Below, piece by piece: positions 1 to 7,914 of a stretch of DNA of 64,000 nt; position 1 is the first letter of the stretch; each line of letters opens with the position of its first letter. A program made the translations under genes and the position numbers. Location: the NCBI GenBank assembly GCA_963674735.2, contig CAXXQS010000001.1, positions 1,184,001-1,248,000 of the forward strand. Direction: 5' to 3'. This stretch comes from Myxococcota bacterium. GTDB lineage: Bacteria; Myxococcota_A; SURF-8. The notes under the pieces are model-generated. The model saw only the letters and a list, made by a program, of their open reading frames with translations. It was not told the DNA's origin and ran no database searches.

Positions 1-581
1 AGGATTGCATCCACACACTGGCCATAACTGGCGCAGTCTTCGTGCTCGGCGCAGTCAGTTACTTCCTTCGGGAGGTTGAGAGTCTGGCACATGTTCATGC
101 AATCGCCGAGCGTCCCCGAGTCGTCGGGATAACATTCCAGGTACTTTTCGCAGAACGGCAGGCATCGGCCTGAATATTCGATATCCATGTCGCCGTCGGG
201 CGTGTCGCCGTCGGGCGTGTCGCCGTCGGGCGTGTCGCCGTCGGGCGTGTCTCCATCTGTGGTGTCACCATCTGGCTTATCGCCGTCGGTATCAATCGCT
301 TTACAGGCGTTGATATAGCATACTTGTCCATCTGGGCAGCGCCGGAATTCCGCCCAGCCCGAAGCATCCGATTTGCAGATTTCGACCACCAGGTCGTCGC
401 CCGGACGACAGCGCAGCGCTTCCGGCTCGCAAATCCCGCTGCCGCCATCGGTCTTGTCCTGATCGCCGTCGATTATGTCGCCATCTCCCGCTGAATCATC
501 AGAGGACTCGTTGCAACCGATCATTCCGATAAGCAGGAGAAGAAAAAACGCCAATGCCAGATGTTTTTTATGCTTTAACAT
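1..581 (-). CDS. Cys-rich lipoprotein with Asp-Gly-Asp repeat linkers (3' end runs off window)
   Basis: Not in ORF track because it has no stop in the window. Read manually from ATG 581: MLKHKKHLALAFFLLLLIGMIG-C (lipobox), NESSDDSAGDGD..., Cys-rich segments, (DGDTP)n, frame open to base 1. Confidence 0.85.
   Translation of the reverse strand, partial: MLKHKKHLALAFFLLLLIGMIGCNESSDDSAGDGDIIDGDQDKTDGGSGICEPEALRCRPGDDLVVEICKSDASGWAEFRRCPDGQVCYINACKAIDTDGDKPDGDTTDGDTPDGDTPDGDTPDGDTPDGDMDIEYSGRCLPFCEKYLECYPDDSGTLGDCMNMCQTLNLPKEVTDCAEHEDCASYGQCVDAI
188..251. repeat. 15-bp tandem repeat (TGTCGCCGTCGGGCG x4 plus partial) encoding DGDTP on the minus strand
   Basis: Four exact consecutive units, in frame within the lipoprotein, with degenerate units adjacent. 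Confidence 0.95.
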
Positions 582-1104
582 GTCAGTCTGTTCCCCAATT
601 ATCCAACGAATACCAGCCTTCATCGTCTACATCATATCCGTCGACGATGATCGTGCAAAACCCAGGCTGTAATGTGTCGGTAATAATTTCCTCAACTTGC
701 GCTTTCCCGCTTGGCGGGTTGTCGTGTTTATCTGTCCCCTGAATTGTATCCTATTTCTTACAAGTCTGCATGGCCATGTTTCCCATCACGAAACAAGACC
801 GTGGCACGCCCTTGTTTCGTTCGGCCTTTAAAGACCGGCCACCCGACTGCCGGAGCCGCGCGCCAACATGGGACCTCTCCCATGGCCACCTCACCCGGAC
901 GCGAACCCTGCCGCAGGAGTGCAGTTCCATCGACAATCATATGAGAATCCTAATTCGAAAGTCGCGACCCGGCTCCGACGCGTGGACATTTGCAAACCGC
1001 ATAACTTGTGCTATGTTTGGGCTTCATATTGTTGAACGACGTCAACGTGACACTCGAACAACTTCGCTTTTGCGAAAATGAAATTTCAATCAAAGGAAAC
1101 ACGA

Positions 1105-1641
1105 ATGTCGATCATCAGCTTCGGTGAGTACAGCGACGAGCATGGCTACCATGTGCTCGATGAACGGATCATGAGGGGAAGCGCCGGGATTATGCTGTTG
1201 CTGGGTTCAATCGCTTCCATCAATGGATTTATCCTGAGAAACTTCGCCATCATTCCCTATTTTGCGGGTTTCTTGGTGCTGAACTTTTCAATCGGGATCT
1301 TCATCAATCCCAAATTCGCGCCAACGGTATTCATCTCCAGATTGTTTCACTTCAGACAGAATGTTTTGCCCATCGGCGCGATTCAGAAAAAATTCGCCTG
1401 GAGTCTGGGCTTGGGTCTATCTACGGCGATCTTCGCGATGTCATTTCCCTTGCTGACCGACCCCACATGGTTCGAACCCGTCTGCATGTTGTGCCTGATT
1501 TGTTTGTTATTTCTGTATCTTGAAACCGCCTTCGGCATCTGCGTTGGTTGCCAATTGTACTTTCTCGGAATTTATCTGAAACTCATCAAAAAGCCGGAAA
1601 TCACCCCGAACTGTATGGGCAATTCCTGCAGAACTGATTGA
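1105..1641 (+). CDS. DUF4395-like membrane protein
   Basis: DER..R.SAG near the N-terminus, several TM segments, QKKFAW.LG and LETAFGICVGC motifs. RBS AAGGA precedes ATG 1105. Confidence 0.75.
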   Translation: MSIISFGEYSDEHGYHVLDERIMRGSAGIMLLLGSIASINGFILRNFAIIPYFAGFLVLNFSIGIFINPKFAPTVFISRLFHFRQNVLPIGAIQKKFAWSLGLGLSTAIFAMSFPLLTDPTWFEPVCMLCLICLLFLYLETAFGICVGCQLYFLGIYLKLIKKPEITPNCMGNSCRTD

Positions 1642-1693
1642 GCAAGAAGGCCGGGAAAAAATCACCCGATCTTGCTGTTAAACGGGTTGTACG

Positions 1694-3013
1694 CTACTCA
1701 ACTCGTTCCGGGACACCGCGAATCAGCCTCTTGACAAGCAGAATGAACACACCTGTCAAGGCTAGATTGAGGGCCAAAGACAGCATCGCTACCGTTACGA
1801 TTGGACCGCCGATGCCATAACTGAGGCTTAAAACAAGAATGCCCGCTCCAACTTCACCGCGTGGCCACATCCCGATTGCTACGCCTAGCCTGTGTCGCCA
1901 GTGCGCCTCCTGGCGATAGCAGAAAGCCGGGAACATTTTTCCCAGATTGCTGATGATCGTGACGATCAACACGTGCATTAGAATCATCCCCCACGACATT
2001 CCAGGCTGACTCGCCGTAACAGTGGTTTGATAGCGTGCTTCCGAACTTCCTCCGTGAATCTCCGGGAAATCGACGGCAGTGGAAGGAGCCGCAGCATGTA
2101 GGATTTCGTTGCTGGGTGCTGGATGTTGTGCATCATCGTTAGCAAAAATAGCTGGCATACTCAACCCGACCAAGACCATAAAGACCGCCGATACTAGGGT
2201 TGCTGCGGCTTGTTCAACCGGGCGTTCCAGGATTGTATGCAACTCATGCTCAACACTTTCAGCCTCTTCCGTTTTCGACATATGCCGGGGTCTTCCGATG
2301 CATCCAAGTACGAAGGCGGGCAGCAGGACTTCGATATGAATCGGGACGGATGGATCAACGATTTTACTGCCTGCATACAGCAGTTCGCTTATCCCGACGA
2401 TTATCGCCGAATATGCCAGCACCCATCCCCAGGTCACCGGGATGCGAACTCGATGAAGCCAGATATAGGCCGAAGTGAGAAAAACCACCATAACCACGAC
2501 AATCAAGCCCAATTGCCAAGCAAGACCCACCATAAGCATTTTTAGTGGAATCATAAGCAAGACGGTGTCGAGATCATCGAAAATAGCAAGGATGCGTGCT
2601 TTTTTGAATAGCCATGTCGCCCCAAGTCCGGCCGCGGCCAGCATGCTGAATAAAACACCGGCGGAGGTTGGAGCGGCGAAGCGCCCCGCCAAAAGCGTTT
2701 CTGTCCAGGCATCGAAATTTGACCATACATCAGGAGGGAGCATAACAAACACAAAATAGCCGGTAACGAAAATCCAGGGGAACGAAGCTGCGGTGAAGGC
2801 GACGACGTAATCCCAGCCATATTTACTCAATTGCGACTTGTCGATATGAAACTCGAAGCCGACGTGGATCATGATAAAGGCGAGTCCGATCATTGTCGCC
2901 ATACGGATCAATGTTGCGAACGTGTCGTAGTTCTCTCCGAATAGGGAAGGCAGGATCTGCGAAAGGGCCAGACCGGCAAATAGCAATACGGAATACAGAA
3001 ATACTTTCTTCAT
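1694..3013 (-). CDS. Cation/proton (Na+/H+) antiporter family protein
   Basis: About 12 TM segments with APTSAG, AIFDDLD and MWPRGEVG motifs typical of CPA transporters. Confidence 0.8.
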   Translation of the reverse strand: MKKVFLYSVLLFAGLALSQILPSLFGENYDTFATLIRMATMIGLAFIMIHVGFEFHIDKSQLSKYGWDYVVAFTAASFPWIFVTGYFVFVMLPPDVWSNFDAWTETLLAGRFAAPTSAGVLFSMLAAAGLGATWLFKKARILAIFDDLDTVLLMIPLKMLMVGLAWQLGLIVVVMVVFLTSAYIWLHRVRIPVTWGWVLAYSAIIVGISELLYAGSKIVDPSVPIHIEVLLPAFVLGCIGRPRHMSKTEEAESVEHELHTILERPVEQAAATLVSAVFMVLVGLSMPAIFANDDAQHPAPSNEILHAAAPSTAVDFPEIHGGSSEARYQTTVTASQPGMSWGMILMHVLIVTIISNLGKMFPAFCYRQEAHWRHRLGVAIGMWPRGEVGAGILVLSLSYGIGGPIVTVAMLSLALNLALTGVFILLVKRLIRGVPERVE

Positions 3014-3049
3014 GATCGCATTCCCCTATTTTATCCATTATTTACTGAA

Positions 3050-3058
3050 ATTATAGCA
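3050..3058 (-). promoter_or_regulatory. Extended -10 sigma70 element (TGCTATAAT) for the antiporter
   Basis: Perfect TGnTATAAT about 36 nt upstream of the ATG in an AT-rich stretch. Confidence 0.6.
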
Positions 3059-3441
3059 CCTTGCTTCACTTATCGCGATTGAAAAAGCCGGAAACTTGTC
3101 GGGGAGTTGAAGAAAAACGATAGGGCAATGACTGAACTCTCACGACTGGCGGCGCTGATCAGTCCTGGGGTGCTATGGGACAAGCGAAGTTTGTTCCACT
3201 GGAAAAGCGCTAAGCCCGGAGCCCGACGGAGACGCGCTACGACTTTGTAATCCCTCGATACGGCTTGCGTGGCAACCCGACTCGGAATGACCCGGCTCCG
3301 ACGCAAAAGGGGAAACAACGAGCGAAAGAATCCGTTTCACCGCTAACCCTGAGTGATTGCGCGAAGCGGAATCGAATCGAAGGGTCAGACGTCGAAAAAA
3401 AACGTGTTCCAACGTAGAGGGAGGCCATTTGTCGATGGGGA

Positions 3442-4020
3442 TCAGATCCGCAGTTCGGCCGTGACGACGCTCTGGAAGTGGAAGGAGCCGTTGATGTCGT
3501 GGTTGCCGAAGAACTGAGGCGCAATCGAGGTTTCGAGCCCCAGATAGAAGAAATCGAGGATGCGGAAGACCACCCCGGCGTCGGGTTCGACGATCATCGA
3601 ATGGGTGCTGTAGAGGGTGTCGATTTCGCGGTCCAGTTCGGTACGCACCCAACCCACCGAAAGCCCCACATAGGGCTGCACCCAGTCATCGAGGAAGGTA
3701 TAGCGAAACGCGCCAAGCAACGAGAACTGGCTGTAAATACCCTGCAAATCGTTACCGTCGCCGTCGTAGAGACTCAGGCGACCTTTCAGCAGCAAGTGCC
3801 AGCCGGGCGCGACGCGGTAGCCGCTCATCAAGCGGGCCGAGCCCCCGTGGCGGATGGCGTCCTCACCGTTGACATACAGGAAGCCGTAGCCCGGCGCGGC
3901 GGAGAAGGTCCAGTCGCGCGGGTCGGTGTCGTCCCAGATCGGATCGTAGTCCTGCGCCCAAGCCTGACCGGCCAAGCCGGAGAGCATGAGAAGGATAAGC
4001 ATAAGGTGGCAAAATCGCAT
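3442..4020 (-). CDS. Outer-membrane beta-barrel domain protein
   Basis: Signal peptide (AQA-WA-Q), alternating beta strands, QPYVGLSVG strand motif. Confidence 0.65.
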   Translation of the reverse strand: MRFCHLMLILLMLSGLAGQAWAQDYDPIWDDTDPRDWTFSAAPGYGFLYVNGEDAIRHGGSARLMSGYRVAPGWHLLLKGRLSLYDGDGNDLQGIYSQFSLLGAFRYTFLDDWVQPYVGLSVGWVRTELDREIDTLYSTHSMIVEPDAGVVFRILDFFYLGLETSIAPQFFGNHDINGSFHFQSVVTAELRI

Positions 4021-4258
4021 ACAAAACCGTCCTTTACGAATCCAGTGAGGTCTTGGATATAGCAGAAAGTGAGTCTGAACACAAGCCGATTTTGTCAGCG
4101 CTTGACGCGCCGTCGTTGCAAGGGCTACAATGCCCCGATCATGGGCCGGACATCCGCTGCGGGTGGCAATGTCAAGTAACGAAAAACACGCGCTTTCGGC
4201 CGGTTCCGGTGAATAATCTCACCGGCGCTCTGTCGAATGTCTTAACTGGGCGTTTTGT

Positions 4259-4855
4259 GTGATGGATCTGAAGGAAAGAGAGCTGATTCAACGCTGCCGG
4301 GACGGGGACCGGCGCGCCTTCGAGATTCTGGTGAAACGCTACCAGCGGCGGGTCTTTGGCATCGCATTCGGCATCGTGCGCGACACGGAAGAGGCGGCCG
4401 ACGTGGCCCAGGAGGCGTTTTATCGGGCCTATAAAAACATTGCGGGTTTCAAGGGAAACAGCTCGTTTTATACCTGGATCTACCGGATCACCGTCAACCT
4501 GGCTTTCGATCTCGCCAAGCGTCGCGCCCGTACCCAGACCGTCGAGCATGATGAAATGCGGCGCGGAAACGAAGAGCAGAGCGATTGGCGCGCGCTGCAA
4601 CCGGATGTCGAAAATCCCGATCGCGCGTTGGTCTCGAAAGAACTGGCCGAGCGTGTATCGGAAGCCATGGCGCGGCTTTCGGAGACCCATCGGGCCGTTT
4701 TGGTCCTCCGAGAGATTGAAGGGCTCACCTATGAAGAGATTGCGCGGGTGATGAACAGCAGTCAGGGGACCGTGATGTCGCGGTTGTTTCACGCACGCAA
4801 GAATATGCAAAAGATGTTGCACGGCTATTTACGGAACGGAGGCGGAGACGCATGA
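4259..4855 (+). CDS. ECF RNA polymerase sigma factor (RpoE/SigW-like)
   Basis: AFEILVKRYQ, DVAQEAF, FYTWIYRITVN, EGLTYEEIA and GTVMSRLFHAR region 2/4 motifs. Confidence 0.92.
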   Translation: MMDLKERELIQRCRDGDRRAFEILVKRYQRRVFGIAFGIVRDTEEAADVAQEAFYRAYKNIAGFKGNSSFYTWIYRITVNLAFDLAKRRARTQTVEHDEMRRGNEEQSDWRALQPDVENPDRALVSKELAERVSEAMARLSETHRAVLVLREIEGLTYEEIARVMNSSQGTVMSRLFHARKNMQKMLHGYLRNGGGDA

Positions 4856-5340
4856 GTTTCGATGCATCCGACAAGCGAAACACGTTGCAGCGCTACCACG
4901 ACGGCGAACTGGATCCGCAGAGCGTCCACGAATTGGAGCGCCTGCTGGCTCGGGATTCCGAGTTGAAAGACGAACTGGAGCGCCTCGAAAAGCTGCGCGA
5001 GGGATTGCGGCGCGATTCGGAAACCGCCCTGGAAGCCTTCCACGAACCCAACTTCACCGCCAATCTGATGCAACGCCTCGACGCGGAACCGGTGTCCGGC
5101 TGGTCGCGTTTACGTGCCGCGCTGAATCTGAAAGGCCTTGTGGCGGCGGGCGGATTGGTGGGCTTGACGTTGGTCGCCATGGCGATTTTCGGAGGGGATT
5201 TCGGGGACAAACGGCCTGCCATCGGCGAAAATCCCAATGATTGTGTGGTGGATCGCATCGAAAACGTCCGTTCCACCTCGGTGGTGTTTGAAACGAAGAG
5301 CGATGAAGAACCGGTAACCGTGATCTGGGTTTACGAGTAG
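4852..5340 (+). CDS. Putative transmembrane anti-sigma factor
   Basis: Overlaps the sigma stop codon. LQRYHDGEL N-terminal anti-sigma-like motif and one TM helix. Confidence 0.75.
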   Translation: MSFDASDKRNTLQRYHDGELDPQSVHELERLLARDSELKDELERLEKLREGLRRDSETALEAFHEPNFTANLMQRLDAEPVSGWSRLRAALNLKGLVAAGGLVGLTLVAMAIFGGDFGDKRPAIGENPNDCVVDRIENVRSTSVVFETKSDEEPVTVIWVYE

Positions 5341-5354
5341 CAAGGGCGCATGGA

Positions 5355-5822
5355 ATGAACCGCGGAAGTTTTTACAACTTGATGATCATTCTGACGGGCG
5401 TCCTGCTGTGGACGACCGGGTTTGAGTCTGTGGCGCTTGCCGACGACAGCCGCCATCCGGTTGTCACCGAGGTGCAGGTCATCTACGCATCGAAACAGGG
5501 ACACGAGGTGGACCCGAAAATCGGCGACGTACAAAAGCGTCTGGCCGATCTGTTCGACTTCAGCACCTACCGTCTGTTGGGCAATCACCATCAAAACGGT
5601 CATTACGGCAAGGCGGTGAGCGTCGACCTGCCCGGCGAGCGGCGGCTTACCCTCAAACCGCTGGGTAAAGACGACGACCGGCGCATCCGCCTGCATGCCG
5701 AAATCGCCGACCTGATCAATACCGAACTGCGCCTGAAAGACGGCGGCATGATGATTCTCGGTGGGCCGCGTTACGACAAAGGCGTGCTTATTCTAGTGAT
5801 TACTGTCACGGAAAAAAGCTGA
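5355..5822 (+). CDS. Secreted/periplasmic hypothetical protein
   Basis: Signal peptide, and third gene of the ECF operon. Confidence 0.7.
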   Translation: MNRGSFYNLMIILTGVLLWTTGFESVALADDSRHPVVTEVQVIYASKQGHEVDPKIGDVQKRLADLFDFSTYRLLGNHHQNGHYGKAVSVDLPGERRLTLKPLGKDDDRRIRLHAEIADLINTELRLKDGGMMILGGPRYDKGVLILVITVTEKS

Positions 5823-5888
5823 TCTCCCACCTATTTTCCGTAAATCGTCACAAATCGGCGAATTCTGCGAAAAACACGCCTGTACACC

Positions 5889-5916
5889 TTGCCGTTCGGC
5901 GCGAGGCGGGTACAAT
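5889..5916 (+). promoter_or_regulatory. Putative sigma70 promoter of the lpt operon (TTGCCG-N16-TACAAT)
   Basis: Near-consensus -35/-10 ending 6 nt before ATG 5923. Confidence 0.55.
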
Positions 5917-5922
5917 GACGCC

Positions 5923-6504
5923 ATGACGACACGCATCCTTTCATCTCGTCTCTTATCGGCGGCCCTGCTGGGTGGCCTGCTGCTTTTGTGCGCGCGTCCC
6001 TGGCTGGGCGACCGGGCGGTTGCCCGACCCGCCGGTCCGGCTCCCTTGGAACGTCTGCGTGTGGAGGGATTAAGCGGTTCGTGGCCCGTGGAAGGACAGG
6101 CGCCTTTGAGTTTTCAGGCCGAGCGAGGCGAGACGCAGCCCGGCGAAGAACGTTGGCTGCTACAGGGGATTTCCATTCGCTGGGAATCGTCCGCTCTGGG
6201 ACGTATCGACCTGCAGGCCGAAAGCGCCGACTGGCAGCGCGAAAGCGGGGACATCCGCCTGAGCGGCCGTCCGACCTTCACCTTCGCGCAAGGTGGGCGT
6301 TTGGCCGGTGACGACCTGAACTTGTTTTTGAATCCACGACGGTGGCGGCTGAAAGGCAACGTGCGCGGGCGCATCGGAACGCTTGAACTGGTCGGTCGGC
6401 AGGTGGAGGGCGGATTGGATACCGAGACCTTTACCGTGCTTGAGCCACGGGTGCAAGTGAACATCGAGGCAGATAACACGGGCGAAAGGACCGAAGCACC
6501 ATGA
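5923..6504 (+). CDS. lptC: LPS export protein LptC-like
   Basis: N-terminal anchor and beta-jellyroll-like composition. Lies directly before lptA/lptB; sequence is divergent. Confidence 0.6.
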   Translation: MTTRILSSRLLSAALLGGLLLLCARPWLGDRAVARPAGPAPLERLRVEGLSGSWPVEGQAPLSFQAERGETQPGEERWLLQGISIRWESSALGRIDLQAESADWQRESGDIRLSGRPTFTFAQGGRLAGDDLNLFLNPRRWRLKGNVRGRIGTLELVGRQVEGGLDTETFTVLEPRVQVNIEADNTGERTEAP

Positions 6505-7061
6505 CGCGATTTCCCCATGCCGAAACACCTAAGCTGAAGGCGCTGGTTTGGCTGTGCGCCTTGGGTTTTCTGCTCGGCGGGTTAGACGGCTGGGCCGCTG
6601 AGACGCCGGTCGGGTTTCGTTGGAATGCCGATCTGCCGCTGGAAGTGCGCGCCGATACACTCGAAATTGCGCAGGCGGGCGAGCGGGTGGTCTTTCACGG
6701 ACAGGTGCGCGCCGTGCAGCCCGATGTGCGGCTGGCCTGCGATACGCTGACGATCCGCGCCAACGATCGAGGAAATATCCAAGCATTGACGGCCGAGGGA
6801 AGGGTGGTGCTCACGCGCGCCGAGTGGCGAGCCGAGGCGTCCAAGGCCGATTACGATCACCAGGCCCAAACGCTCACGCTAACCGGTGCGCCGCGGGTCC
6901 ATTATCGCGGCAACCGCCTTCAGGGAAACCGCATTGTCGTGCATCTGACCGATGGCCGCGTAACGGTGGAGCAGGCCAAAGGACAGTGGCGCTTGGACGA
7001 ATCAACAGTCGAACCCAGTGGTTCACCCGTGACGCCAGCGGCCGCGTCCGGGAAGCCGTGA
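6501..7061 (+). CDS. lptA: LPS transport periplasmic protein LptA/OstA
   Basis: Signal peptide; PLEVRADTL, VFHGQVRAVQ, LTLTGAP and LQGNRI motifs; synteny. Confidence 0.82.
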   Translation: MTRFPHAETPKLKALVWLCALGFLLGGLDGWAAETPVGFRWNADLPLEVRADTLEIAQAGERVVFHGQVRAVQPDVRLACDTLTIRANDRGNIQALTAEGRVVLTRAEWRAEASKADYDHQAQTLTLTGAPRVHYRGNRLQGNRIVVHLTDGRVTVEQAKGQWRLDESTVEPSGSPVTPAAASGKP

Positions 7062-7068
7062 GGCCGAT

Positions 7069-7911
7069 ATGTCCGTTTCAACGATTCCGATCGCTCCAGC
7101 ATCCCCCGCTCCCTGCCTGATATGCCGGGATCTTCATTTCACCTATGGTCGTCGTCCCATTTTAGACGGGCTGTCGTTGCAGGTTCCAAAGGCTTCCATC
7201 GTCGGCTTGCTCGGCTCAAACGGTGCTGGAAAAACCACGTGTATTCAAATTGTTGCCGGATTGCGGCAAGCCTCCTTAGGGTCGGTGGAAGCGTTTGGAC
7301 GAACGCTCGACGGCTTGTCGTTATCCCGGCGGGCTCGATTGGGACTGGGCTATCTGCCGCAGGAACCGGCCCTGTTTCGGCGGCTGAGCGTCGCCGATAA
7401 CCTGAAGTTGGTTCTGGAGGAATTCGGCTGGCCCAAAGACGAGCGTGACGATCGGCGGCAGGCGTTGTTGGCGCGTTTCGGTCTGGAACACCTGCGGGAT
7501 CAAATCGCCGGAAGCCTGTCCGGTGGAGAGCGGCGTCAACTGGAAATCGCGCGCACCATGGCCACCGATCCGCGCCTGATTCTGGTCGATGAGCCGTTTA
7601 CCGGGGTCGATCCGCTGGGTATTCGTCGTTTACAGGACGAATTGCGTCGTCTGGCCGATGACGGAGTGGCAATTTTGCTGACGGACCATAACGTTCGAGA
7701 AACGTTGAAGATATGCGATTTCGCTGTCATTTTGGACGGCGGCCGGGTGCTCTGCGACGGTCCTCCCGAGGCCGTGGCGCAGCATCCTCAGGCGCGTCGT
7801 TGTTACCTCGGACCGGATTTTACGTTGGACAGTCCGTCTGCATATGCTAAAATAATGCCAACAAGCGAAGATGAGGGCTTGGAAAGTAAAAGAAAGGACG
7901 ATTCGGGGTAA
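7069..7911 (+). CDS. lptB: LPS export ABC ATPase LptB
   Basis: GSNGAGKTT, GYLPQE, LSGGERR, DEPFTGVDP, LTDHNVRETL and YLG motifs. Confidence 0.93.
   Translation: MSVSTIPIAPASPAPCLICRDLHFTYGRRPILDGLSLQVPKASIVGLLGSNGAGKTTCIQIVAGLRQASLGSVEAFGRTLDGLSLSRRARLGLGYLPQEPALFRRLSVADNLKLVLEEFGWPKDERDDRRQALLARFGLEHLRDQIAGSLSGGERRQLEIARTMATDPRLILVDEPFTGVDPLGIRRLQDELRRLADDGVAILLTDHNVRETLKICDFAVILDGGRVLCDGPPEAVAQHPQARRCYLGPDFTLDSPSAYAKIMPTSEDEGLESKRKDDSG
7825..7853 (+). promoter_or_regulatory. Internal sigma70 promoter for rpoN within the lptB 3' end (TTGGAC-N17-TAAAAT, with TG extension)
   Basis: Good consensus and spacing, about 60 nt upstream of the rpoN ATG. Confidence 0.55.
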
Positions 7912-7914
7912 TAT

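Noticed and set aside
188-251. Short repeats as a possible CRISPR array
   Set aside because: Units are contiguous with no spacers, lie in frame in a CDS, and no cas genes are present.
95-448. ORF-track protein with RPTAT repeats
   Set aside because: Alternative frame of the DGDTP lipoprotein, which has a lipobox and a longer open frame.
802-817. TGGCAC as a sigma54 promoter
   Set aside because: No GC at the -12 position, and it lies in a hairpin loop.
3014-3440. Na+/Li+ or ZTP riboswitch upstream of the antiporter
   Set aside because: A strong extended -10 lies about 36 nt from the ATG, leaving no leader. The CACGACTGGCG match to the ZTP motif is on the wrong strand and lacks the 3' pseudoknot segment.
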